From an uncultured Clostridia bacterium (lineage in GTDB: Bacteria; Bacillota; Clostridia; Peptostreptococcales; Anaerovoracaceae), in the NCBI GenBank assembly GCA_944386095.1, contig CALWZU010000026.1, positions 1,184-65,183 of the forward strand: a DNA stretch of 64,000 bases. Direction: 5' to 3'. Positions 47,094 through 55,900 of this stretch are shown here, piece by piece (position 1 is the stretch's first letter; every line of letters begins with the position of its first letter). The translations under genes were made by a program, and so were the position numbers. The notes beneath the pieces were generated by a model that worked only from the letters and a program-made list of their open reading frames with translations, was not told the DNA's origin and made no database searches.

Positions 47094-48110
47094 CTATTCC
47101 TCCAATTCCGTATCTTCTATGCTCAGCACTTCATCGTGTATCGTTCTGACCACATGGTTTTCCACATAAGGTCTTGCCTTCAGAATGGTGTTTTTCACCG
47201 CGTTGGCATTAGAAGAGCCATGCATTTTCACAAGGGCGCCTTTCACTCCCAGGATCGGCGCTCCGCCATACTCGGAATAATCCAGCATGGTTTTTAGATC
47301 CTTAAATTTATCCAAAAGAAGGAATGCCCCCAGCTTCGCCTTGGTCCCTTCGGTAAACTTATCCTTTAAAAGCTTCAAAAGCGACAGGGCCACGCCTTCT
47401 GTCAGCTTTAGGATCACGTTCCCCACAAAACCGTCGCAGACCAAAACATCGCAGGGACCGGTGGGAATATCCCTTGCTTCCACGTTTCCGATAAATTTTA
47501 CCTTGCTTTTTGATAAAAGCTCATAGGCGGCCTTTGTAACGGTCGTTCCCTTTGTTTCTTCCGCCCCGATGTTCACAAGGCCGATCTGAGGCCTGGAAAC
47601 CCCCAGGACCCGATTCATATAAATACTTCCCATCACGCCGAACTCTAAAAGGTTGCCCGGCTTGCACTCGGAATTCGCTCCCGAATCCAGCAAAAGCATG
47701 GGCTTTGAGCCGATGATCGAAGGAAGCACCGTAGCCAGAGCCGGCCGGTCGATGCCCGGGATCCTGCCCAGGATAAACAGGCCTCCCGCCATCAGCGCCC
47801 CGGTATTGCCCGCAGAAATGAACACATCGATTTCTTCCTCTTTCACAGCCTGGATCCCTTTTACCATGGATGATTCCGTTTTGGTACGCACCGAACGAAC
47901 CGGCGCATCATGGTTGGATATCACATCTGCCGCATGAGAAACACGGATTTGTTCTTTATTATATGTATATGCCGCAAGATGGGACAAAAGCGTATCTTGA
48001 TCCCCAAATAAAATGATTTCGTCCTCTATCTGCTTAGATGCCTCTACCGCCCCTTTGACCACTTCCGCCGGGGCGTTGTCGCCTCCCATGCCATCGATTC
48101 CGATTTTCAT
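47094..48110 (-). CDS. plsX: phosphate acyltransferase PlsX
   Basis: MKIGIDGMGGDNAP...VCDGFVGNV...GAPILG. Ends in TAG. Confidence 0.95.
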   Translation of the reverse strand: MKIGIDGMGGDNAPAEVVKGAVEASKQIEDEIILFGDQDTLLSHLAAYTYNKEQIRVSHAADVISNHDAPVRSVRTKTESSMVKGIQAVKEEEIDVFISAGNTGALMAGGLFILGRIPGIDRPALATVLPSIIGSKPMLLLDSGANSECKPGNLLEFGVMGSIYMNRVLGVSRPQIGLVNIGAEETKGTTVTKAAYELLSKSKVKFIGNVEARDIPTGPCDVLVCDGFVGNVILKLTEGVALSLLKLLKDKFTEGTKAKLGAFLLLDKFKDLKTMLDYSEYGGAPILGVKGALVKMHGSSNANAVKNTILKARPYVENHVVRTIHDEVLSIEDTELEE

Positions 48111-48174
48111 GTTATCCTCCTTACTGCAAGGGCTTTTTGCCCGGAGCCTTCTTAGCCGTCTTCATATCTTTTTT

Positions 48175-48203
48175 ATTATAGCCAATTTTCTTCTGACGGT
48201 CAA
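48175..48203 (-). promoter_or_regulatory. near-consensus sigma-A promoter of the plsX operon
   Basis: Minus strand has TTGACC, a 17-nt spacer, then TATAAT, about 65 nt upstream of the plsX ATG. Confidence 0.55.
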
Positions 48204-48278
48204 CCGTAACCAAAAATGGTCTATTTTTTCCATTTTCATCTCCTTTCATTTCCATTTATTTCTCTATCCCGTTCCGTA

Positions 48279-48308
48279 TTGTGCCGAAAAGGACATATGT
48301 GTTACAAT
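48279..48308 (+). promoter_or_regulatory. putative promoter of the dehydrogenase gene
   Basis: TTGTGC, an 18-nt spacer, then TACAAT with a TG extension. Confidence 0.4.
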
Positions 48309-48339
48309 AGCTTTTGATTTGATAAGGAGGCGTTGTTCT

Positions 48340-49326
48340 TTGAAAGTTCTGATTATCGGCGACAAAGCCAGATACCTTAAATTTTTACCTTCCCGGGGGA
48401 TCCCGGAATTTGAGCCTGTTTTCTGCAAAAGGGACGCTTCCCAGGAAACCCTTCTCAAAGCGGGAAAAGACGCCGAGATCCTGTTTGCTGATGCCATTGC
48501 GCCTGTCAGCGGCGAGCTGATCCGGCAGATGCCCCGTCTTAAGCTGATCCACTCCGAAGGCGTGGCCTACAACGCCATCGATCTTGCCGCTGCCCGAAAA
48601 CAAGGTGTTTTCGTATGCAACAATAAGGGCTGCAACGCACAGGCGGTGGCGGAGGTCGCCATCCTTCTGATGCTGGAGCTTTTGCGGGGCGGCGTAAGCG
48701 GACACCGGCAGGTGCGCCGGGGACTTCAGATCCAGACAAAGGAGACTGCCATGGTACAGGGCGTTACGGAGCTTTCACAGTGCAGCGTCGGCTTTGTCGG
48801 TTTTGGGGATATCGCAAGGGAAACGGCAAAGCGCCTTTCGGCTTTCGGCTGCCGGCTTTATTATTACAGCCCCCACCCCAAGGATGAAGAAACCCACCGG
48901 CTTTATCAGGTATCCTATCTGCCCCTTGACCAGCTTGCACAAACCTGCCGGATCATCAGCCTTCATGCCGCCGTTACGGAAAAAAGCCGGGGCATGATCG
49001 GAAAAGCCTTTTTCTCTTTGATGCGCCGGGACGCCTATCTGATCAACACCGCAAGAGGCGAGCTGGTGGATCAGCTTGCCCTTCAGGAAGCTCTGGTGGA
49101 AGGCCGCATCGCCGGAGCCGGTCTTGACACCCTTTTCCCCGAACCCGTCACGGCGGATAACCCCCTTGTAGATCTGCCTCCTTCTGCTGAGGACAAGGTG
49201 GTTTTTACCCCCCATATCGGCGGCATCACCACCGCCAGCTTTCAAAGAGCCCACAGGCATATGTGGGAAAACGCCTTTCGTATCCTGCAGGGAAAGCGGC
49301 CTTATGATATCGTAAACGGTTTGTAA
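48340..49326 (+). CDS. D-isomer-specific 2-hydroxyacid dehydrogenase family protein
   Basis: TTG start 9 nt after AAGGAGG; the long N-terminal part of the track ORF is non-coding shadow. GFVGFGDIARETAKRL (NAD fold), NTARGELVD, TPHIGG. Confidence 0.85.
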   Translation: MKVLIIGDKARYLKFLPSRGIPEFEPVFCKRDASQETLLKAGKDAEILFADAIAPVSGELIRQMPRLKLIHSEGVAYNAIDLAAARKQGVFVCNNKGCNAQAVAEVAILLMLELLRGGVSGHRQVRRGLQIQTKETAMVQGVTELSQCSVGFVGFGDIARETAKRLSAFGCRLYYYSPHPKDEETHRLYQVSYLPLDQLAQTCRIISLHAAVTEKSRGMIGKAFFSLMRRDAYLINTARGELVDQLALQEALVEGRIAGAGLDTLFPEPVTADNPLVDLPPSAEDKVVFTPHIGGITTASFQRAHRHMWENAFRILQGKRPYDIVNGL

Positions 49327-49406
49327 ACAAGCCCGGTCTTTTTTCTTCTCCCCCCGCATACCATACACCAATCAAACATATGCGCCAAAACCGCAAGGAG
49401 GAGAAA

Positions 49407-50222
49407 ATGGAATCCAAACTGAAAAAAACCATGCTGGCGCTTCTGACACTGGTGATCATCGTCCTTTTGTGCGTAGGCTATTACGCCGCCATGGGCGGTC
49501 AGGCAGCCGTATTTACCGCCGCCAAGGAAAGGCTCCTTCCCATTTACAGCGTACAAACCCCCGAAAAAAAGATCGCCATCAGCTTTGACGCCGCCTGGGG
49601 AAATGAATTTACCCAGGACATACTCCGTATTCTGGATCAATATCAGGTAAAATGTACTTTCTTTCTGGTAGGCTTCTGGATCGACGAATTCCCCCAGGAT
49701 GTGAAGGAAATTGCCCGAAGAGGCCATGAAATCGGCAGCCATTCCCTGACCCATCCCGATATGACTACCCTTTCCCGGGATCAGATCCTTCAGGAGCTGG
49801 ATCAAACCGCGGAAAAAATCCAAAAGCTCACCGGCAAAAGCCCGGAGCTGTTTCGGGCCCCCTACGGCGCTTATCATAACACCCTCATTGAGACCGCCCG
49901 CTCAAGAGGCTATCAGGTCATTCAATGGGATGTGGACAGTCTGGACTGGAAAGAGCTGCCCTTGGAGCAAATCGTGGAACGCGTGGTTCGCAATGTGACA
50001 AACGGCTCCATCGTACTGTTTCACAACAACGCCCAGCTGGTCCGTCAATACCTGCCCCAGATCCTGGAAAAGCTTCAGGCCGACGGCTATGAAATCGTTC
50101 CGGTAGGCGATCTGATCCTTCGGGAAAACTATGAAATCGACCATACAGGAAGACAGCAGCCTGCTTCTGCTTCTCCCTCCCGGACGCAAGAGAAAAACCG
50201 GGAGGATCAAATCGGCTCCTAA
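49407..50222 (+). CDS. polysaccharide deacetylase family protein (NodB domain, PdaB-like)
   Basis: ATG after AAGGAGGAG, then an N-terminal TM. ISFDAAWGNE, TFFLVGFW, GHEIGSHSLTH, FRAPYG. Confidence 0.85.
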   Translation: MESKLKKTMLALLTLVIIVLLCVGYYAAMGGQAAVFTAAKERLLPIYSVQTPEKKIAISFDAAWGNEFTQDILRILDQYQVKCTFFLVGFWIDEFPQDVKEIARRGHEIGSHSLTHPDMTTLSRDQILQELDQTAEKIQKLTGKSPELFRAPYGAYHNTLIETARSRGYQVIQWDVDSLDWKELPLEQIVERVVRNVTNGSIVLFHNNAQLVRQYLPQILEKLQADGYEIVPVGDLILRENYEIDHTGRQQPASASPSRTQEKNREDQIGS

Positions 50223-50268
50223 TTTCCTTAAAAATCGTTCTTTTTCTTTTATTTTTCTGAAATTTTTC

Positions 50269-50297
50269 TTACAATTTACATCGTATTTCGCTATAAT
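50269..50297 (+). promoter_or_regulatory. putative sigma-A promoter of the 124-aa membrane protein gene
   Basis: TTACAA, a 17-nt spacer, then TATAAT. Confidence 0.45.
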
Positions 50298-50408
50298 ATG
50301 GGCGCTCAAAGGATTTTGATTCAATTTCACTTTCCATGAGCTATCTTTTTGAACATTTATGCTCTATTAAACCTACAAAACCATCATATGCAAAAGGAGA
50401 CTACGATT

Positions 50409-50783
50409 ATGAGAAACGGAACAAAGCTACTTCGAACCGCCGGATTCATCCAGATCCTTCTGGGCCTTGCGGTCATCCTTTCCACCTATTTCCTGATCGG
50501 ATCGACCAGCGCCGACAGCTTTTCCGTACCGGCAGAAAAGGCTCTGCTCTTATTGACAGCCACCTATGCAGGCGGCGCGTTCCAGATCCTGGCCGGCATT
50601 GCAGGCATTCTTCTTTCTAAAAAGAAGACCCTGCTTACCGTCATCTTTGGCGTACTGCTGTTCATCCCTCAGCTTATCGTCTTTCTGCATGCGGAGGGAC
50701 TGCCTCTGATTGTGGGAAACATCGTTCTTCTGATTTTCCCCTATCTTTATCTGCGGGGCGCCTACAAAAATTGGAAAGAGTGA
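50409..50783 (+). CDS. hypothetical membrane protein (about 4 TM)
   Basis: ATG after AAAGGAG. Hydrophobic segments FIQILLGLAVILSTYFLI, GGAFQILAGIAGILL, VIFGVLLFIPQLIVFL and IVGNIVLLIFPYLYL. Confidence 0.6.
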   Translation: MRNGTKLLRTAGFIQILLGLAVILSTYFLIGSTSADSFSVPAEKALLLLTATYAGGAFQILAGIAGILLSKKKTLLTVIFGVLLFIPQLIVFLHAEGLPLIVGNIVLLIFPYLYLRGAYKNWKE

Positions 50784-50815
50784 TCTTGACCCGGCCAAGA
50801 TACCCTTTTACTTTC

Positions 50816-50868
50816 AAAAAACCCTTTCTTCCCCACGTAAATGTCAGAAGAAAGGGTTTTTCTCTTTT
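50816..50868. terminator. bidirectional terminator between convergent genes
   Basis: 14-bp arms AAAACCCTTTCTTC / GAAGAAAGGGTTTT with T-tracts on both strands. Confidence 0.75.
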
Positions 50869-50890
50869 TCCTATCCAATCTAAACTGCCC

Positions 50891-51919
50891 TCAGATCTTT
50901 ACCGGATCCATCCTCTTTCTTTCCCCCTCTTTCCCGGGAAAGGCCTTTTTATTTTTGCCGGACATTTTAACAGGCTCCGCTATAGCAGGCTTTAAAGAGG
51001 TTTGCTGCGGGCTTTCTTTTTTCTTTCCGGGCTCCAGGGCCAAAATCACCACGGTCACAACGATCAGAAATGCGCCGATCCAGTCTGTGGCCGTCATGTC
51101 GATCCCAAGGCAGATCACCCCGAACACAGCGGTAAACAAAGGCTCTGCGCAGGCGTAAACGCTTGCCTTTTGGGAACCGATGATCCTCATGCCTTCCAGG
51201 AACAGCCAGAAAGCGGCTACCGTTCCAAACAGCACCACCATGACCATAATCGCGATGGTGATGACATCAACCCTTCCCCCTCCTGTTTGCCAGGGAGGAT
51301 TATATATGCAGAGAGCCCCGCCGCCAAGGGTCATGCCCCAGGCATTGGTCAGGAGGCTGCCCCATTTGTCTATGAGCTTTTTAGGCTGTACGCTGTAAAA
51401 CGCCATCAGGATCGCCGAAGCTACGCTCCAAAACAAAGCGATGCCGGTAATGGAAAGAGAGGTTACGTCTCCATGGGTCACAAGGAGAAACACGCCCGCT
51501 ACCGCCAGGGCTACGGCAAATATTTCGATCTTTCCCGGCGCCCTGCGGCTTACCAGACAAAGCCAGGCCAAAACGAAGGCGGGAGAAAGATACATGATGA
51601 CCGTTGCTGTCGCCGCATTACAGTACTGGACCGCCAGAAAATGGGTCAGCTGCACACCCATCAAAGCCATGATGCCGTAGACCAAAAGCCCCGCGGCGTC
51701 TTTTTTATCCTTCCAGATAGAAAAAATATCCCTGCGGAATTTCACCCAGCTGAAAAACAGCAAAATCACACCTGCCATCATCAGCCTGACCGCCACATAC
51801 CAGGAAGCGTCCAGGTGCTTTTCTTCAAAAATATACTGGCCGCACAATCCGGCAACCGCCCACAGCGCGCCGCCCAGAATCGCGAACATGGTGCCTCTTG
51901 CGTATAATTTCTGCTTCAT
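50891..51919 (-). CDS. DMT (EamA) family transporter, paralog 1
   Basis: 10-TM pattern. LWAVAGLCGQYIFE, NAATATVIMYL, LLVTHG, EGMRIIGSQKASVY. The start is ambiguous between 51919 and 51928. Confidence 0.85.
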   Translation of the reverse strand: MKQKLYARGTMFAILGGALWAVAGLCGQYIFEEKHLDASWYVAVRLMMAGVILLFFSWVKFRRDIFSIWKDKKDAAGLLVYGIMALMGVQLTHFLAVQYCNAATATVIMYLSPAFVLAWLCLVSRRAPGKIEIFAVALAVAGVFLLVTHGDVTSLSITGIALFWSVASAILMAFYSVQPKKLIDKWGSLLTNAWGMTLGGGALCIYNPPWQTGGGRVDVITIAIMVMVVLFGTVAAFWLFLEGMRIIGSQKASVYACAEPLFTAVFGVICLGIDMTATDWIGAFLIVVTVVILALEPGKKKESPQQTSLKPAIAEPVKMSGKNKKAFPGKEGERKRMDPVKI

Positions 51920-52026
51920 CCTCCTCATCCTTTCCTTTTTTCTTCGCCAAAGCTTAGGAGCCATTACATTCATTATACGCACAGACATTGAAATTTCAAT
52001 ATTTCTGACATGTGTGACCAGTCTGA

Positions 52027-52962
52027 CTAATCAGACTGGGAGAGATTCTTTTTTGGACTGCCGCCAGGCAGGGAAAGCAAAAATACAGTGGATACGATCA
52101 TAATCGAGCCCACCCAGTCGATCCAGCCAAAGGCGACGTTTAAAAAGAAAATGCCGATCAGGGTCGCCGCCAAAGGCTCCATTGTCGCATAAAGGCTGGC
52201 CTTCGTGGAACCGATGATCCTGACCCCTTCCTGATAAAAAAAGAAGGAAAGGATCGTGCCTAAAACCACCACCCCGAGTAAAACCAGCACCGCCTGCCAA
52301 TCCCAGACCCCCTGGCCATACTCCCATGGTTTTCGGAAAAGGCTCAGGGCAAGGCCGCCGATGAGCATGCCCCATCCGTTGGAAAGAGGCGTCCCGAAGG
52401 TAGCCAGAAGTCTTCTGGGCTGAATACTGGCAATCGCCATGGTCACCGCCGACATCACGCTCCAGAAAAGCGCCGCCCCGGAAAGGGTCAGACTGCCAGG
52501 ATTGCCGTGGGTCACCAAAAGGAAAATCCCCCCCACGGCAAGAAACATGGATAAAACCTCCCTGCCGGTGGGAGCGGTTCTGGTGCGCAAAACCATATAA
52601 ACCATGATCATGGCAGGGGCCAAATACTGTATCACCGTGGCGGTCGCTGCATTGGAATACTGAATCGCAAGAAAATAGGTATACTGGATCCCCAAAAGCC
52701 CTACGATGCCATAAACAAGGATTTCCACCGCGTCCCTTTTCGTTTTCCACACCTGAAAGGCGCCCCCTTTCAGGCGGATCAGGCTTAAAATCAGCATAAA
52801 AGAACCCGCCGAAAGCAGACGGACCACCGTCAGCCACTGGGCGTCAAAATGCTTCGCTTCAAAAAGAATCTGTCCGCAGGCTCCCGACACAGCCCAAAGA
52901 ACCGCTCCGAAGGTGGCGCAAAACGCGCCTTTTGCGTAGGTTTCCGTTTCTGTTTCCTTCAT
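52027..52962 (-). CDS. DMT (EamA) family transporter, paralog 2
   Basis: LWAVSGACGQILFE, NAATATVIQYL, LLVTHG, EGVRIIGSTKASLY. Confidence 0.85.
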   Translation of the reverse strand: MKETETETYAKGAFCATFGAVLWAVSGACGQILFEAKHFDAQWLTVVRLLSAGSFMLILSLIRLKGGAFQVWKTKRDAVEILVYGIVGLLGIQYTYFLAIQYSNAATATVIQYLAPAMIMVYMVLRTRTAPTGREVLSMFLAVGGIFLLVTHGNPGSLTLSGAALFWSVMSAVTMAIASIQPRRLLATFGTPLSNGWGMLIGGLALSLFRKPWEYGQGVWDWQAVLVLLGVVVLGTILSFFFYQEGVRIIGSTKASLYATMEPLAATLIGIFFLNVAFGWIDWVGSIMIVSTVFLLSLPGGSPKKNLSQSD

Positions 52963-53990
52963 TGCCGTTCCTCGCCTCCACGGGCCTGTCCAGTTTCCGT
53001 CTCTTTTGCTTCCCTGCCGTCTTTGTTTTCTTCTTCACAAGCCTCTCCGGAAGAAAGCAGCGCCTCTTCCCTCTGCCCCTTCTGTTTCTTTTTGTCCTCT
53101 GTTTTAATCGACAGGATAAAGACGGTGGAGACAATAAACGCAGAGCCCACCCAGTCGATCAGGTCGAATCGGATATGCAGCCAGAAAATGCCGATGAGGG
53201 TCGCCGCCAGAGGTTCCACGCAGGCATAAAGACTTGCTCTTGTGGAGCCGATCAGCCGGATGCCTTCCAGATAGCAGAAGAAGGACATGATCGTGCCAAG
53301 CAGCACCACGCTGGCAAGGGCTAAAAGGGCGGGTATATCCCATACGCCGTTTCCGTAATCCCAGGGATGGAAGATAAAGCTGATGGCGATTCCCCCGATC
53401 AGCATACCAAAGCCATTTGTCATAAGGGTTCCCCATTCCGCCAGCATGCGTCTTGGGAAAATACTGTAAAAGGCCATGGCGGCGGCGGAGAGAACGCCCC
53501 AGATCAGCGCCGCCGGAGAAATCATCAGCGTATCGGTGTTTCCATGGGTCACCAAAAGGAACATGCCGATCAAGGCGCACACCACTGCGATGCCCTCTGT
53601 CAGCGCCGGCGGCTTTCTGGTGCTGAAAACCATATACAGCATGATCAGCACAGGCCCCAAATACTGCAGGATCGTTGCCGTCGCCGCATTAGAGCAGTAA
53701 ATTGCCATAAAGTAGGTGTACTGGACGCCCATCATCCCTACAAGCCCATAAAGGATCAGCTGCCACACATTTTTCTTTTCCTTCCACATGGCAAGGGTTC
53801 GGCTGCCCTGGCTTTTCAGACTCAAAAGCACCATGATCAGCCCCGCCATCAAAAGCCTGACGGCAACCAGCCATCCCGCTTCAAAGCCCTTGGATTCAAA
53901 CAGATACTGCCCGCAGGTACCGGAAACCGCCCAGAAAATGCTTCCGATTACGGACAGCGCTGCGCCCTTGACATAAATGCTGCGACTCAT
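52959..53990 (-). CDS. DMT (EamA) family transporter, paralog 3
   Basis: FWAVSGTCGQYLFE, NAATATILQYL, LLVTHG, EGIRLIGSTRASLY. Charged ~45-aa C-terminal tail. ATGA overlap with paralog 2. Confidence 0.85.
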   Translation of the reverse strand: MSRSIYVKGAALSVIGSIFWAVSGTCGQYLFESKGFEAGWLVAVRLLMAGLIMVLLSLKSQGSRTLAMWKEKKNVWQLILYGLVGMMGVQYTYFMAIYCSNAATATILQYLGPVLIMLYMVFSTRKPPALTEGIAVVCALIGMFLLVTHGNTDTLMISPAALIWGVLSAAAMAFYSIFPRRMLAEWGTLMTNGFGMLIGGIAISFIFHPWDYGNGVWDIPALLALASVVLLGTIMSFFCYLEGIRLIGSTRASLYACVEPLAATLIGIFWLHIRFDLIDWVGSAFIVSTVFILSIKTEDKKKQKGQREEALLSSGEACEEENKDGREAKETETGQARGGEERQ

Positions 53991-54031
53991 GTTGATCTCC
54001 TGCCTTTCTTCTTATGATGTTATGTTTCTTT

Positions 54032-54060
54032 ATTATATCTTAATCCCATCGTAAGGCCAA
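54032..54060 (-). promoter_or_regulatory. putative sigma-A promoter of the DMT gene array
   Basis: Minus strand has TTGGCC, a 17-nt spacer, then TATAAT. The leader is only about 35 nt. Confidence 0.45.
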
Positions 54061-54177
54061 GGCTTTTGCTCCAATTCTTTAGGCTTATTCCAGGGAGATT
54101 TTAATATGATTTTATATTTTTCTCTGTTTTTCTCATAGTTTCGTATTTCAGGCATATGGTAATCAGGAGGTGTTTTT

Positions 54178-54573
54178 ATGACGCTCAGGCAAAATCCAAG
54201 CACAACCCCGGAAGCGGCCAATCGGGAAAGCAACCTGACGGTCTTTGTCACAACGGGAGAACAGACCATGCCCATCAAGGGCGCCCGGGTCACCATTACC
54301 CGGCAAACACAGCAGGGAGAGATTTTATATGATACCCTGGAAACAGACGGCAGCGGAAAAACCATCCGCCTGACCCTTCCCGCGCCCCTTGCATCTCTAT
54401 CGGAAGCGCCCCAGACCCAGACGCCGGCCTTCGGGCTGTATTTCGCCCAGGTCTCTCATCCGGATTATTATACCGAAGAAAATCTGCTGATTCAGGTCTT
54501 TGGCGGCGCTGCTTCCTATCTGAACGTAAACCTGATCCCTCTTCCGGGCAATCATGAACAAGGAGTGAGATAA
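54178..54573 (+). CDS. carboxypeptidase-regulatory-like beta-sandwich protein (resembles the N-terminal pre/pro region of SleC)
   Basis: RBS GGAGG. LTVFVTTGEQTMPIKGARVTI...DGSGKTIRLTLPAP...YYTEENLLIQVF. It stops 2 nt before the next ATG. Confidence 0.6.
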   Translation: MTLRQNPSTTPEAANRESNLTVFVTTGEQTMPIKGARVTITRQTQQGEILYDTLETDGSGKTIRLTLPAPLASLSEAPQTQTPAFGLYFAQVSHPDYYTEENLLIQVFGGAASYLNVNLIPLPGNHEQGVR

Positions 54574-54575
54574 TT

Positions 54576-55649
54576 ATGGTGGGTATTCCCTATATCCCGG
54601 AAACCATTACGGTCCACCTGGGAGCGCCGGACCAGCCGGCATCCAATATAACCCTTTCTTTTCAGGATTACATCAAAAACGTCGCTTCCAGCGAAATTTT
54701 TCCCACCTGGCCCCAGGCGTCTCTTCGGGCCAATATTTACGCCATTATTTCCTATACCCTCAACCGGGTCTATACGGAATGGTACCGCAGCCGGGGCTAT
54801 GATTTTGATATTACCAATACTACCCAGTACGATCAGGCCTTTGTGGCCGGCCGAAATGTTTTTGATTCCATCAGCCACATCGTCGACGAGATTTTCAACG
54901 ATTATATTCGGGAGACAGGCCAGCTGAGTCCTTTTTTCGCCCAGTACTGCGACGGACGCCAGAGCCTTTGTCCGGGCCTTTCCCAGTGGGGCTCTGTAGA
55001 ACTGGCAAACCGGGGCTTTACCCCCTTTGAGATCCTGACCTACTATTACGGAAATCGCATTGAGCTGGTAGATGACGCGCCGGTTTTGCCCTATGTAGCC
55101 TCCTATCCCGGTACGCCTTTTTCCAGGGGAAGCACCGGCCCGGCTGTCCGCAGGATCCAGCAGACCCTTTCCGGCATACGGAAAACCTACAGCGCCATAC
55201 CGGGAATTACTTCTATAGACGGCATATTCGGACAGGAAACCGAGGAGGCCGTGATCGCCTTTCAGCGTATCTTTCAGCTTACGCCTGACGGGATCGTAGG
55301 CAAGGCAACCTGGTATAAGCTGACCCAGATTTATGTCAGCCTCACCAGGCTGGCCTCTTTGGATTCAGAGGGCGTCAGTCTGGAATTTCTGCAAAATCAG
55401 TACGACGAGGTGCTCGCCGAAAACGATCAGGGCTCGGCGGTTCAGCTTTTGCAATATTACCTGAGCTATATTTCTTACTTCAATACCTTTGTCTCCAGCG
55501 TAGATGTTACGGGAAATTTCGATCAGGCTACCACCGAAGCGGTCAAAAGCTTTCAGCGCTTTGACGGGCTTACGGAAACAGGCATCGTGGACGAAACCAC
55601 ATGGAACCGCATTCTTGACGCCTACAACGGCATCCGGCAAACCACCTGA
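54576..55649 (+). CDS. sleC: SleC-like spore cortex-lytic enzyme core with two PG_binding_1 repeats
   Basis: IPYIPETITVHLGAPDQPASNITLSFQDYIKNVASSEIFPTWP...YTLNRVYTEWYRSRGYDFDITNTTQYDQAF...AQYCDGR. Two repeats of the G.AV..IQ..L......IDGIFG..T..AV..FQ type. Confidence 0.7.
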   Translation: MVGIPYIPETITVHLGAPDQPASNITLSFQDYIKNVASSEIFPTWPQASLRANIYAIISYTLNRVYTEWYRSRGYDFDITNTTQYDQAFVAGRNVFDSISHIVDEIFNDYIRETGQLSPFFAQYCDGRQSLCPGLSQWGSVELANRGFTPFEILTYYYGNRIELVDDAPVLPYVASYPGTPFSRGSTGPAVRRIQQTLSGIRKTYSAIPGITSIDGIFGQETEEAVIAFQRIFQLTPDGIVGKATWYKLTQIYVSLTRLASLDSEGVSLEFLQNQYDEVLAENDQGSAVQLLQYYLSYISYFNTFVSSVDVTGNFDQATTEAVKSFQRFDGLTETGIVDETTWNRILDAYNGIRQTT

Positions 55650-55819
55650 AAAGAGGAAGGATTTATCAGAGGAAAAAATTTCCTTACTAAAAACCTCTTT
55701 TTTGGTTCATACTTAATCCTACAGGCCCACGTTCCTGCAGGAAGGTCTGTCACCATATAAAAACGGCCGGCCTTTCCACAGGAAAACCGGCCCGGGCCGG
55801 GGATTTCCCCCGCTCGATG

Positions 55820-55866
55820 AAAAAAGACCTCTTGATCAGATCAGGGCTGTAAAGGAGGTCTTTTTT
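55820..55866. terminator. bidirectional terminator between the convergent sleC-like and YncE-like genes
   Basis: AAAAAAGACCTC...GAGGTCTTTTTT, with an A-tract and a T-tract flanking the stem. Confidence 0.7.
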
Positions 55867-55900
55867 GTTTGTCTTTTTCTTTATTTCGTTTTCCGGGTCT

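Noticed and set aside
48205-48232. A 23-codon ORF (MEKIDHFWLRLTVRRKLAIIKKI) upstream of plsX.
   Set aside because: It overlaps the near-consensus plsX promoter (TTGACC-17-TATAAT), so most of it would lie upstream of the transcription start. It is likely fortuitous.
52031-52837. A 268-aa ORF in an alternative frame of DMT paralog 2. A similar one lies at 53104..53580 in paralog 3.
   Set aside because: It is on the same strand but out of frame with a clearly conserved transporter. Its Gly/Arg/Pro-rich translation has no hydrophobic pattern. It is a frame artefact of GC-rich third positions.
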